Notes: a model not told the origin generated them from the sequence alone. A stretch of DNA of 64,000 nucleotides from a bacterium (GCA_020051955.1 JAGVQB010000045.1:1356-65355), one strand, 5' to 3'; shown: positions 29,922 through 39,723, counted from the stretch's first letter. Translations and numbers: made by a program.

Positions 29922-29948
29922 AAAACACGTCTTTATGAGACGTGTTTT
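29922..29948. terminator. bidirectional rho-independent terminator
   Basis: AAAACACGTCTTTATGAGACGTGTTTT: an 11 bp perfect stem with A and T runs. It abuts the relE stop. Confidence 0.75.
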
Positions 29949-29949
29949 G

Positions 29950-30216
29950 TTATAGATGGTGATAGATATCTTTGCGATGGCAGATTCTGTGTAGAATAAT
30001 TTTTGATCGATCGAATGTATAAATTAAACGGTAGTCACCCACACGTAAGCGCCAAAGTGGCGGACGTGTGAACCCAGAAAGTTTTTTAATGTCGAGCGTC
30101 GCATTGATTGGGTTTAGTTGAAGTAGCTTTGCGATCACGTCTGCCTTAATTTGTATTTGGATCGGAAGACTACGAAAATCCTTCGTGAATTGCCGAGTCA
30201 CGACGATCTCTCGCAT
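29950..30216 (-). CDS. relE: RelE/ParE-family type II toxin (88 aa)
   Basis: RLRVGDYRLIYTFDRSKIILHRICHRKDIY matches the conserved RelE/ParE C-terminal core. Confidence 0.8.
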   Translation of the reverse strand: MREIVVTRQFTKDFRSLPIQIQIKADVIAKLLQLNPINATLDIKKLSGFTRPPLWRLRVGDYRLIYTFDRSKIILHRICHRKDIYHHL

Positions 30217-30219
30217 ACT

Positions 30220-30414
30220 TTAAACGAGCTCGCGAAGGGAACGCACTGTTCGCGTCTTTCCTTGCGTGGCTTCTTTAATAGAACGTCGCAACCCCTTTTG
30301 AAACACTGGGTCAAAATCGCCAGACCTCTCAAGGATATCTTCCACTAGATTTGCAAGATTCAAACTTGCACGAAAGATGCGGCGTAATTTTAGTTGAGTT
30401 ACAGTTTGGTTCAT
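30220..30414 (-). CDS. putative cognate antitoxin (RHH/ParD-RelB-like, ~64 aa)
   Basis: Small ORF ending 3 nt before relE, at ATG 30414. MNQTVTQLKLRR... has antitoxin-like size and position. The family assignment is tentative. Confidence 0.5.
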   Translation of the reverse strand: MNQTVTQLKLRRIFRASLNLANLVEDILERSGDFDPVFQKGLRRSIKEATQGKTRTVRSLRELV

Positions 30415-30517
30415 ACATACGCAAGTTAACACGGAGTAAAGCTAGGAGTCCAGTTTTTTGTTGATTCCTTTCTCCGTTTGGGTTTTGGATTTTGGTTTTT
30501 TGGATTTTTCGGTTTCA

Positions 30518-32788
30518 TTACCTCCTCGCAACCCCATTCTGCGTGATTTCCTCCAGGTGGACTGACAACAAGCTCGAAATGCCGTCAGTGCCCATTGTTA
30601 CGCCATAGAGAATATCTGCTTTTTCCATTGTCGCGCGGTTGTGGGTGATGACGATGAATTGGCTAGTGCGCGCGAGGTCCTCCAGGATCGCGGCGAAGCG
30701 GATTGTGTTGGCTTCATCAAGCGCGGCATCAACCTCGTCGAGCACAACAAACGGCGCTGGGTTTACTGCCATGATTGCGGAGACAAGAGCGATTGATGTA
30801 AGCGCGCGCTCACCACCGGAAAGCAGGTTTAACGCCTTGAGCCTTTTCCCAGGCGGGGTTGCTTGGATGTCGATGCCGACAATTTTTTCCTCCGCGTTTA
30901 CCCGTTCCCTGTTCACCGTTCCCTGTTCACTGTTCCCTCCCTCTACCGTTTCCTCCACCTCTTCCCTCGTCAACTTCACCAACGCGCACGATCCTCCACC
31001 GAAAAGCATTTTGAAATATCGCTCAAACTCTTTATTGATTTTGGAGAACGTTGCCTTTGACTGTTTTTCAATTTGTTCGTCGAGTTCCTTGATTATTTTT
31101 TCTGTTGACGCGAGAGCGGCGTTGAGGTCTTTGACCTGCTCATCAAGAAATTCGAAACGATCTTTTGTCTCGCCGTATTCTTTTACTATTTCCGGATCAA
31201 TTCCACCTATGAGTTCGAGCTTGTATCGAAGGCGCTGGATTTCGGGATAGGCTTCATCGGTTTGGATTTTGGATTTTGGATTTTGGATTTTTTCCTGCCT
31301 CACCCCCACCGCCCTCTCCTTCATAAACTCATCCATCTCCCGCGTGAGGGCTTTTTGGCGTTCCTCAAAACGCACTAAAGCGATTTGGAGAGTGTTGCGC
31401 TCGTTTTCTAGCAAGTGGGTTTGATTTTGTTTTTCGCGCAGGGAATGTTGCAAGCCGATAAGTTCACTTCGGGCAGTGCGTTCCTTACTTGTGTAGTTGT
31501 CGATTGTTTTTTCAAGCTCGTCAATTTCTTTTACTAGATTTTGTTCTTGCGTTCGCTTGGTTTTCAGTTCCTCAACCATTTTTGGATCAGGCTTGATGTC
31601 TTCTGGGTTTGGGCGCTGAAGACTTTTGGAAAGTTTTTGTGACCGCGTAAGAAGTGACTCGATTCCATCCAAAATTGCCTCCAGCCCTTTCAGCCCTCGC
31701 AGTCCTTTTAGTCCTTCCACCATTCCCTCAACCTCCTCAACGATTTTCAACAAAGGAAGCGGCGCCCAATTTGATTGCGCGCGCGCTCGCGCGAGTTCGA
31801 TTTCTTTTTCGAGCGAGAATTGCTCGCTCCGCAAAGCCTCACGTTTTTTTCCAAGCGCTTTGTATTGATTCTTCAAACCTACCAGTTGTGTGTCCTCATC
31901 GGTCCCAAAGTTTTCAGCGCGCTCTGATTCTTTTTCAAGCGTGTGAAGTTCTGCCCTCTCGGTTTTAATTTTTTTCTCAATCTCATCAAACCCCTGTCTT
32001 GCTGTTTCCAATTCGTCCATCAGGTTCCACCATTGAGAACCGTAATAACACGACTCAAGCTCGTGGAGGGCTTTTTCAATCTCACCGCGTTGTTCAAGAC
32101 GTACTGCTTGGCGCTTAAGAGAACGAAGCCGCGGTTCGATTTCCCGCAACAGCATTTCAACCTCTGTCAGATTTTCGTGTGTGCGCGTGAGTTTTAACAA
32201 TGCCTCGTGTCGTTTGATTTGGAATGGTTTTACTCCGGTGGCATCGTCAAAAAAATCTTTGCGCTCCTCTGGAGATGAAACAAGAATGTGGTCAATCATG
32301 CCTTGTCCGATAACGCAGTACGAACGCTGTCCAACGTTTGCTTCTGCCAGAAGTAGTTGGATATCAGCAAGGCGAACAGAGCCCTCGTTGAGGAGATAAT
32401 CGGAAGTTCCATCTCGAAACAGCCTCCGCGTGATTACTACCTCTGGGTATTCAAGTGGCATTGTTTTGTCTTGGTTGTTGAAGGTCAAAGATACTTGCGC
32501 AAAGCCAGATCGTCCTTTGCCATCAGAGCCAGAAAAAATTACATCCTCTGATTTTTTTCCACGCAAAAGTTTAAGACTTTGTTCACCCAGCACCCATCTG
32601 ATCGCGTCAGCAAGGTTTGATTTACCGCTACCATTTGGACCAACGATGGAGGTGATGGGGAATCGTAATTCCCCCCCTGCCCGAGGGGGGGTCAGGGGGG
32701 GTGGGAGTGCGGCCGGTGGGAGAAAAGAAAGCGTTGTTTTTTTTGCAAACGTTTTGAACCCCTGCAGTTCCAGTTTAGTAAGAAACAT
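30518..32788 (-). CDS. SMC/RecF-superfamily ATPase with long coiled coils (SMC-like, 756 aa, no obvious hinge) carrying several low-complexity inserts
   Basis: N-terminal Walker A (GPNGSGKSNLADAIRWVLGEQS), a long heptad-rich middle, and C-terminal signature plus Walker B (LSGGERALTSIALVSAIMAVNPAPFVVLDEVDAALD). The inserts LPPAALPPPLTPPRAGGELR, KIQNPKSKIQ and VEETVEGGNSEQGTVNRERVNAE are encoded by simple repeats. Confidence 0.8.
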   Translation of the reverse strand: MFLTKLELQGFKTFAKKTTLSFLPPAALPPPLTPPRAGGELRFPITSIVGPNGSGKSNLADAIRWVLGEQSLKLLRGKKSEDVIFSGSDGKGRSGFAQVSLTFNNQDKTMPLEYPEVVITRRLFRDGTSDYLLNEGSVRLADIQLLLAEANVGQRSYCVIGQGMIDHILVSSPEERKDFFDDATGVKPFQIKRHEALLKLTRTHENLTEVEMLLREIEPRLRSLKRQAVRLEQRGEIEKALHELESCYYGSQWWNLMDELETARQGFDEIEKKIKTERAELHTLEKESERAENFGTDEDTQLVGLKNQYKALGKKREALRSEQFSLEKEIELARARAQSNWAPLPLLKIVEEVEGMVEGLKGLRGLKGLEAILDGIESLLTRSQKLSKSLQRPNPEDIKPDPKMVEELKTKRTQEQNLVKEIDELEKTIDNYTSKERTARSELIGLQHSLREKQNQTHLLENERNTLQIALVRFEERQKALTREMDEFMKERAVGVRQEKIQNPKSKIQTDEAYPEIQRLRYKLELIGGIDPEIVKEYGETKDRFEFLDEQVKDLNAALASTEKIIKELDEQIEKQSKATFSKINKEFERYFKMLFGGGSCALVKLTREEVEETVEGGNSEQGTVNRERVNAEEKIVGIDIQATPPGKRLKALNLLSGGERALTSIALVSAIMAVNPAPFVVLDEVDAALDEANTIRFAAILEDLARTSQFIVITHNRATMEKADILYGVTMGTDGISSLLSVHLEEITQNGVARR

Positions 32789-32865
32789 ACTGGGAAATTA
32801 TAACATGGAACGCACGATTATTGACCCAAAATAGCCAAGAGGTTATGCTATTCGGCTACTTGAAT

Positions 32866-33840
32866 ATGGAGACTTATTTGCACAGACATATTCACGACTT
32901 GTTACTCAAGGCTGATCACCCTGTATTTATTGCTGACGAACGCATTGATGGTGATACGCTTGGATCAGCTTTGGCTGTCGCGGATTATCTTGCGTCGCTT
33001 GGCAAGAAAGTACCCGTGTTTGTTTCCGCGCCAGTGCCCGTGCAGTATCAGCGTCTACCTCGAGTGTCCCAGTGTACGACTGACATCCAGGTGTTTGCTG
33101 ATCCTTCTATTGATCTAGTTGTGAGTTTTGATTGTTCTGATGGAAAGTTTATCCATTCATTTGTTGAACAGATTCCAGCTCGTCCAACCCTAGTGAACAT
33201 TGATCACCACACGACAAATGATCGTTATGGGGACGTGAACCAGGTCATTGATGGTGCTCCTGCGACAGCTTACGTTATTTATCGGTTTTTTGAGGTGAAC
33301 CGAATTCTCCCTTCAAAGGATGCGGCAACATGCCTTCTTGTCGGATTGTGTTTTGACACAATGGCGTTTACCAATTCAGCGACCAACGATGGTGTACTTG
33401 AGGCCGCGTCCCAGTTAGTCCTGTTGGGCGCGCGTGTTCAAGACGTGATCCGCTCACTTTATCAGAATCGTTCAATAGCCGCGTTGCGCGTGTGGGGGCT
33501 TGCACTTGAGCGTTTGCAAGAGGATTCTGTTCAAGGAACACTTTCCACGTTTTTGACACGCAATGACTTGGATGGAAACCAAGTAACAGATGACGAGATA
33601 GATGGCATCTCGAATTTTTTAAACATCGTCATCGAGTCAAAGATACTTTTGGTTTTAAGAGAAACTCCATTGGGGGACGTGAAGGTGTCCATGCGTTCAC
33701 TTACGCAGGACGTAAGCGTTATAGCGAAAGCGAACGGTGGGGGGGGGCACGTACGTGCCGCTGGGTATACAATTCCACGAGCGGTTCTTGTTTGTGGGGA
33801 TAATGGCTGTTGGAGAGTGGAAAAAAAGCAGATAAATTGA
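32866..33840 (+). CDS. nrnA: DHH-family phosphoesterase NrnA (bifunctional oligoribonuclease / pAp phosphatase)
   Basis: DHH motif VNIDHHTTN, the DHHA1 GGGH motif (NGGGGHVRAAG), and the N-terminal DGDTLGSALAVADYL. Start set at the ATG at 32866. Confidence 0.85.
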   Translation: METYLHRHIHDLLLKADHPVFIADERIDGDTLGSALAVADYLASLGKKVPVFVSAPVPVQYQRLPRVSQCTTDIQVFADPSIDLVVSFDCSDGKFIHSFVEQIPARPTLVNIDHHTTNDRYGDVNQVIDGAPATAYVIYRFFEVNRILPSKDAATCLLVGLCFDTMAFTNSATNDGVLEAASQLVLLGARVQDVIRSLYQNRSIAALRVWGLALERLQEDSVQGTLSTFLTRNDLDGNQVTDDEIDGISNFLNIVIESKILLVLRETPLGDVKVSMRSLTQDVSVIAKANGGGGHVRAAGYTIPRAVLVCGDNGCWRVEKKQIN

Positions 33841-33864
33841 TAAACTGATGCCATCGAAATAATC

Positions 33865-34485
33865 ATGCAAAATATGTCGACAATTCGTTCAGAGTTTCCT
33901 CCAACAGATCAAGTGCTTGTCCCAATGGTTGTTGAAAAGACTCACATGGGCGAGCGCGCGTACGATATTTATTCACGACTGTTGAAAGATCGAATTATTT
34001 TTTTGGGAACAGCGATTGATGATAATGTCGCGAATCTTATCATCGCGCAGATGTTGTTTTTGGAGAGTCAGGACAAGACAAAAGAAATTAAACTCTACAT
34101 CAACTCACCAGGCGGAAGCGTGACAGCTGGGCTCGCGATTTACGACGCGATGCAATATGTGAAGCCAGACGTGTCAACGATTTGTGTTGGACTTGCCGCG
34201 TCAATGGGCGCGGTTCTACTTGCCGCTGGCGCAAAGGGAAAGAGATTCGTGCTTCCAAACTCCGAGATTATGATTCATCAAGTGCTTGGTGGCGTGCAGG
34301 GGCAGGCGACTGACATCAAGATTCACGCGGAGCGTATTCTCAAAATTAAAGACAGGCTGAACGACATTCTTTCAAAGCACACAGGCAGAAAAAAGTCGCT
34401 TGTGGAGGAGGATACCGAGCGCGATTACTTCCTTGATCCAGATGAAGCAGTGAAATATGGGCTGGTTGATAAGGTTATCTCATAG
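33865..34485 (+). CDS. clpP: ATP-dependent Clp protease proteolytic subunit
   Basis: [28 protein letters not shown], the [15 protein letters not shown] segment with the catalytic Ser, and MIHQVLGG. Confidence 0.95.
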   Translation: MQNMSTIRSEFPPTDQVLVPMVVEKTHMGERAYDIYSRLLKDRIIFLGTAIDDNVANLIIAQMLFLESQDKTKEIKLYINSPGGSVTAGLAIYDAMQYVKPDVSTICVGLAASMGAVLLAAGAKGKRFVLPNSEIMIHQVLGGVQGQATDIKIHAERILKIKDRLNDILSKHTGRKKSLVEEDTERDYFLDPDEAVKYGLVDKVIS

Positions 34486-34786
34486 GGACAATACGTGGAC
34501 AAACCGGGGATGGTTTACAAGAAATCCTCGGTTTTTCAAACAAAAAACAGCGCTCTTGCAAAGGCTGTCATCGTCAGGTAAACTTTCGATGTAAACAAGC
34601 TTGACAACTTTCGATTTCCGGGCTAGACTTGAGCGTTAAAACTCAAGCCTCTTTCTTTCATTCTATTTAGTGATCTGCAGGCACGACAAGCATGGGATTT
34701 CAATGTATGGATACATCAGGTTTTCGGACTCGATCTATCCTTACGTGAAATTTCTTGCCTGCAGGTTACTGAATGGAATAATCATC

Positions 34787-34809
34787 AAACGTCGCGAGAC
34801 GTTTTTTTG
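34787..34809 (+). terminator. rho-independent terminator ~320 nt downstream of clpP (possible sRNA end)
   Basis: AAACGTCGCGAGACGTTTTTTT. It is preceded at 34602-34636 by TTGACA-17-TAGACT. Confidence 0.55.
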
Positions 34810-35017
34810 ATTTCGTAACCTCTTGTCGGATAGTACGTCGATTGCGAGTGAGCATGCAAGGAAAACTGTGGATAAAAATAGTCGGGCGGTGGCATATTGT
34901 TATATTGATAAATTGTTAAATGGTTAAATTGTTGTGGAGCAAGACGATGGGCGGCAGACAAAACGTCTATCTAGACAACCATTTAACAATATAACCATTT
35001 AACAATTTAACCCTCTG

Positions 35018-36898
35018 TCAACCACCCAACGATTCTTCTCCCTTCTCACTTTCAGTTTCATTCTCTTCCACTTTTTCTTCCTCAACTTTTTCTACTCCGA
35101 TAAGACACGTTTTAGGTAATGGGCGGTAATGAGATGGAAACTCCGTTTGCTCAACAGACCCATCTGGTTTCACAATTGTGTATTTGAAAGTTGTGTCAGC
35201 TCCAATGTGAGAGGCCTGGCATGTTTCTTCTCCAGGTTCGAGACCAGTGGTTTCAACTTTAACGTCTTCGCCAACAGGAATCCATCTCAATACTTCTGGC
35301 GCGCTGTACGTGCCTGTTCTGCCGTCTGAAGTTCCCCAGAACGTGAACCGCAATTCTTGCGAATCAGTTTGGTTTTCAGCTTGAAAAAGTATGTGGTGTT
35401 GCGTGTCGTTGGTGAACTTAAAATCAGGGGCAGGTTCGTAAATTGTCGCGTCCGTGCCAGGGTTTCCATTGGCAGGGTCGTTGTAATAGGAAACGACAAT
35501 TGAATGGTTTCTGCGCTCAACAATTGGCAAACCGGAATTCATTGTCGCGCGAAATGTTGTTGTTCCGATTTGGCACAGGCCGCCTCCTATTTCTGGCGTT
35601 ATCTTGGCACCCTTTATCACGAGTTCTGGGAGGTAGCCGTTTTCTGATGTAAAAGGCGCGAGCGCGGATAGTAATGAAAAAGTGTCGCCGGGCGCGATGA
35701 GAATACCATTGAGAAGGTTAACTCCATTTTGAATGTTGGCGCGCCGATTCATTGGACTGCCACGATAGTTTGATGTGCCGACTCCAAGGACTTGAGTGAT
35801 ACCTAGACCGTTTACTTCCCCCGTCTTGATACGTGGCTCGATAGTGTCGATCGTGACTTCAATCGTTCCTTCACTTTGTCCTCTTACGCGCGAAAGTAGT
35901 TCGTCTTTTAATAATTTTACATCGACCTCTCGTCCGTTAGTGCTTCCCGCAAAATCAATTACTCGATCGTTTAACATTTCAAGTCGCGCGTCTTGTGCTT
36001 GTCGGTCAATGACGTTGGTGATTTGTATTACCCAGGTTTGAAATGCTTCTTCTTGAAAAACAAGCGCGTCATTTTTACCTGGAGTAAGAATCTTCGAAAG
36101 ATTTTGGTCTGTCATTTCCCATATCTGATTTTCTTTTGCGAATGTGACTACAAACGGTGCGTGAGCTAAAGCATCCATCGCGCGCGCGACTTGCCTGATT
36201 GCACTTTGTTCATCGATAGCTGGTTCGACGTATTTAAGATGCAATGGTATTTCGCCAGGGGTAAGGGTTGAAAGCTGTGATTCGAGGATTCCAAAAAACT
36301 GATCCCATTGAAGCTCTCTTCCGTTTTGCGCTGAGATTACCGCTATCGTCCACCCTTCAGGCGTGTTCGTAAATTCGAAACTCGCGTCGCGTGACAGTGT
36401 TTCTTTCCCCTGGAAGAGGTCGATCACTTGTTCCCTTATTTTTTCTCTGTTTATTTTGATAGAGATTTTTGTCTGTTCACCAAGCACTATATTTTTAAAC
36501 ATTGCCCAGGAGTCAAAGAATTCGTTGTGGCTGTGAAGTGTCATGAGTTCCGTGAGCGCACCATCAAGATCGAAACCAACGTCTTCGACAAGATCGGCTG
36601 AAATGACCGTAGCAAGAGTAAGAACCTTTTTATCGTTGTCGAGAGTTACCTCAACGCCAGCAGTTAAGATGTCATCGATTTTTTTTTGAAGGGTTTGTCG
36701 TGCCGCTTCAGGCTTCATTCCACCAATGGACAAAGCCCCGATGGAAACATTTGGTGGAAGGCGTCCATCAAAACTTTTTGCCCACAGAAAACTTATCAAA
36801 CAAAAAATAAATAGCACGACGAGCAGGCTCGCCGCGCCTATTACAATGTATTTTATTTTCGAGCGGCGTTCTGGATTAGGTTCCGTATCAGGCACCAT
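35018..36898 (-). CDS. VanW-family protein with N-terminal membrane anchor
   Basis: GGGLCQIGTTTFRATMNSGLPIVERRNHS is the VanW-domain signature. There is an N-terminal TM helix and an acidic C-terminal tail. Start set at the ATG at 36898, 1 nt after the hsp20 stop. Confidence 0.8.
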   Translation of the reverse strand: MVPDTEPNPERRSKIKYIVIGAASLLVVLFIFCLISFLWAKSFDGRLPPNVSIGALSIGGMKPEAARQTLQKKIDDILTAGVEVTLDNDKKVLTLATVISADLVEDVGFDLDGALTELMTLHSHNEFFDSWAMFKNIVLGEQTKISIKINREKIREQVIDLFQGKETLSRDASFEFTNTPEGWTIAVISAQNGRELQWDQFFGILESQLSTLTPGEIPLHLKYVEPAIDEQSAIRQVARAMDALAHAPFVVTFAKENQIWEMTDQNLSKILTPGKNDALVFQEEAFQTWVIQITNVIDRQAQDARLEMLNDRVIDFAGSTNGREVDVKLLKDELLSRVRGQSEGTIEVTIDTIEPRIKTGEVNGLGITQVLGVGTSNYRGSPMNRRANIQNGVNLLNGILIAPGDTFSLLSALAPFTSENGYLPELVIKGAKITPEIGGGLCQIGTTTFRATMNSGLPIVERRNHSIVVSYYNDPANGNPGTDATIYEPAPDFKFTNDTQHHILFQAENQTDSQELRFTFWGTSDGRTGTYSAPEVLRWIPVGEDVKVETTGLEPGEETCQASHIGADTTFKYTIVKPDGSVEQTEFPSHYRPLPKTCLIGVEKVEEEKVEENETESEKGEESLGG

Positions 36899-36899
36899 A

Positions 36900-37277
36900 C
36901 TAGTCGAGTTCAGTGATTGGAACAGATTTTTCATTTTCGATTTTTTTCATCCGAATGGTGAGGATGCCGCGTCTCAGAAGCGCGTCAACAGAATCTGGAT
37001 CCACCCGCGACGGCAATATGATTGTGCGCGAGAAAGCGCCCCAGTGACATTCTTGCACGTGTGTTTCTCCACCAAACTCCTCGCATCCATGCGCGCGTTC
37101 GCCGCGGATTGTAAGAGTGTCTTCTGTTAAGCTGATTTCTAAATCTTGCGCTGTTACCCCAGCGATCGCGGAGCGCACAACTATTTCGTGTTCGCTCTCA
37201 ATAACATCGACAGAAAGTTTGCCCTCTTGAATAGAGAGCCAGTCCGAGCTTTCAAGTTTGTTTGTGGTGTGTTGCAT
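36900..37277 (-). CDS. Hsp20/alpha-crystallin family small heat-shock protein
   Basis: The alpha-crystallin domain pattern (SVDVIESEHEIVVRSAIAGV...GAFSRTIILPSRVD...GILTIRM) is characteristic of the Hsp20 family. Confidence 0.85.
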   Translation of the reverse strand: MQHTTNKLESSDWLSIQEGKLSVDVIESEHEIVVRSAIAGVTAQDLEISLTEDTLTIRGERAHGCEEFGGETHVQECHWGAFSRTIILPSRVDPDSVDALLRRGILTIRMKKIENEKSVPITELD

Positions 37278-37289
37278 AACGCGGCTATT

Positions 37290-37979
37290 TTACCTCAATT
37301 CGTATCTCCTAAGCCACTCATACAGCGGACCGATTGTGAAACCCACAACGGCAGCCCACATTATTTCTTCAATGGGCACGCCGCCGATGATAAAAGTTGA
37401 GAGAGTGTCGAAACGCCAGAAAGACGCGGCATCAAGCGGGAACAGGCGGATAAAAAAAAGTTGTTCGGTTATGAAGACAAGCGCCGCGGTGAATATCCCA
37501 GACAGGAGCGCGTTCATGAGCAGGTCGTGCCGGTCAGCAATGATGTACATTCCAACGAGCAAGCCACCTACGATAAGCGAAAGGATTGATGACAAAGAAA
37601 AAACGCAGAGGAGCAAGAGGGAAGCAAATGCCCACAGCCCCAGCACAAGCACGAGGTGAGCGATCCAATGGCCCACGTGGTGAATTTTGTAGTGGCTACC
37701 ACGAAGTTTGTGTGCGTGGCGTCCGATCAACACTTGGTAAATCACAGCGGCGATTCCAAACAGAGAGAACGCGAATATCAAATCCTCGATGCCAATAACA
37801 GATTGCTTTTCCAAAATAGCGCCTCGATAATCCATTGACGCGATAAGCAGAACACCAGGCGAAATCACAAGTCCCACCACGCTCATCATAACTTGTTCGC
37901 GCCGCGTTTCGTTCGCGAAAAGCAAAATCGCGAGCCACACAACAAACAGTACGATCGACACAAGAAGAAATGTTGTCAT
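37290..37979 (-). CDS. polytopic membrane protein, function unknown
   Basis: 229 aa with about 7 predicted TM helices. No confident family. Confidence 0.55.
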   Translation of the reverse strand: MTTFLLVSIVLFVVWLAILLFANETRREQVMMSVVGLVISPGVLLIASMDYRGAILEKQSVIGIEDLIFAFSLFGIAAVIYQVLIGRHAHKLRGSHYKIHHVGHWIAHLVLVLGLWAFASLLLLCVFSLSSILSLIVGGLLVGMYIIADRHDLLMNALLSGIFTAALVFITEQLFFIRLFPLDAASFWRFDTLSTFIIGGVPIEEIMWAAVVGFTIGPLYEWLRRYELR

Positions 37980-37980
37980 A

Positions 37981-38463
37981 TTACCAATCGGTTATTTTTC
38001 CGCGTCCGGCTTTTCGGCGCCTGTCAGCTTCCTGTGTCCTTCGCTCTTTTGCTTTTACACCTTTTGGTTTGCGCGTTGGTATGCGTTCTTCCTCTGGCGT
38101 GAGCGCATCGCGCACAAGAGCCGTGAGTTTGGCGAGGGCTTCTTCTTTGTTTTGTTTTTGTGAGCGTTCGGTTTCAGACTTGATGACCAGCTCGTCAGCG
38201 CGGTTGATTCGATTGCGCGCGAAGACGCGGACCGTGACTTTTTGTTCATCAGATAGAACAAGAGAATCGCCAACTTTCCATCTCACCTCAACCTTACTGT
38301 TGGTTGTGTTAACACTTTGTCCTCCAGGACCCCCGCTTCGCGTCGCACTTATTTGAACTTCGCATTCTGGGATGAGGCCAGTTTGCCAATCAAACGCAGG
38401 TCGTGAATCTCTTGTTTCTTTCATAGCGTCTGGTGGCATTCCACCAGGTATCTCACGAGGCAT
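37981..38463 (-). CDS. arfB: peptidyl-tRNA hydrolase ArfB (alternative ribosome-rescue factor, GGQ domain) with basic C-terminal tail
   Basis: SGGPGGQSVNTTNSKVEVR GGQ motif; a short RF-1-domain protein of 160 aa. Confidence 0.85.
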   Translation of the reverse strand: MPREIPGGMPPDAMKETRDSRPAFDWQTGLIPECEVQISATRSGGPGGQSVNTTNSKVEVRWKVGDSLVLSDEQKVTVRVFARNRINRADELVIKSETERSQKQNKEEALAKLTALVRDALTPEEERIPTRKPKGVKAKERRTQEADRRRKAGRGKITDW

Positions 38464-38466
38464 ATT

Positions 38467-39495
38467 TTATATTTTCCCTTTCGTTAACACCCCCGACTTG
38501 TACAGTTCGATTAGAGCCAGCAACGCCGCAAGGATCGTCGGGCCAGCGATCGCGCCAATAGCTCCAAACGCACTCAAACCTCCAAGCACGCTGATGAGTA
38601 CGAGGAACGCGTGCATGTGAGTACTGCCGCTGATGAGGTATGGACCAATGAAATTATCAGCCATTGAAACAAGCACAACAGACCAGATGAGAAGCCCGAT
38701 GGCCGCTCCAGTGGAACCAGTGAAAAAGAGAAAGAGAATCGCGGGGATGAGCACGAGGCCAGTGCCGACAAGCGGAATGAGAGCCGCGAGGATGGTTAAC
38801 ATTCCCCAGATGAGAGCGCCGGGCACGCCAAAGATTGTCATTCCAATTCCCGCGAAGACGCCTTGGATGATCGCCACCAAGAGTACGCCAAAGACGACTG
38901 ATCGAACTGTGCAGACGATACGCTTAAAGATCTTGCTATCCATTGAGTCGCGCAGAGGGGAGAGTTCCATGAGTTCTTTCGCAAGACGGTCGCGGTCAAC
39001 TAAGAGATAGTAAAGGCACATGAAGAACAGAAACGCGTTCAAGACAAATTTTGTTGTGCTGGAAAAAAGGTTGCCGATATTTTGGAATGCCCAAGACGCG
39101 ACAGTGCTACCAAGCTCTGAAAGATCAATGGAGAAGATTTGAGCTTGTACTGATTCTGGCAGTAGCGCGACGATAGGGGAAGTCGTTGGGTTGATTTGTT
39201 CAATCCAGCTTTTGTCTTGGAGGGACGCGTGGATAAGATCAGACGCCTGGCGCGCCATGAGGAGCAGGATAAGAAGCAGAGGGATAAAGATGAGGAGTAG
39301 GACAGCGAACGTCATCGCGCCAGCGGATAGTTTACCGTGTTTGAGTATCGCGCGAAGTCTGCGTTCAAGTGGCGAGAGAATGATCGCCACAACACACGAC
39401 AAAAGAAGCACGAGCGCGAAGGGCTGAATGACTTGCCAGAAGAGATAGATGATCACGCAAGCGACAAAAAGGAAAAACCATTTTTCAATGGTCAT
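38467..39495 (-). CDS. AI-2E family transporter (UPF0118/PerM-like)
   Basis: The topology matches AI-2E (TqsA/YdiK) proteins: 8 TM helices, a long first loop, and a C-terminal GxxGxxxG-rich helix. The start is uncertain (ATG 39495 or 39516). Confidence 0.7.
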   Translation of the reverse strand: MTIEKWFFLFVACVIIYLFWQVIQPFALVLLLSCVVAIILSPLERRLRAILKHGKLSAGAMTFAVLLLIFIPLLLILLLMARQASDLIHASLQDKSWIEQINPTTSPIVALLPESVQAQIFSIDLSELGSTVASWAFQNIGNLFSSTTKFVLNAFLFFMCLYYLLVDRDRLAKELMELSPLRDSMDSKIFKRIVCTVRSVVFGVLLVAIIQGVFAGIGMTIFGVPGALIWGMLTILAALIPLVGTGLVLIPAILFLFFTGSTGAAIGLLIWSVVLVSMADNFIGPYLISGSTHMHAFLVLISVLGGLSAFGAIGAIAGPTILAALLALIELYKSGVLTKGKI

Positions 39496-39648
39496 GTGAG
39501 AAGATTGGAGGTGCATAGTGTCTTTAGTATAGCAGGAACGCGTAGAGTTTGGGTACTTAATGGCTCGTGTTTTGTGGTGGTACACGCGAAAGACGGTGTG
39601 ACACGAATGGATCAAATAAAAACACCCAGCTGTCGCTGAGTTTTTTAT

Positions 39649-39723
39649 TGGTGACCCCACCGGGAGTCGAACCCGGCTTTACAGGATGAAAACCTGTCGT
39701 CCTAACCGATAGACGATGGGGCC
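39649..39723 (-). tRNA. tRNA-Glu (anticodon TTC), 75 nt
   Basis: The reverse complement reads GGCCCCATCGTCTATCGGTTAGGACGACAGGTTTTCATCCTGTAAAGCCGGGTTCGACTCCCGGTGGGGTCACCA. Confidence 0.85.
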
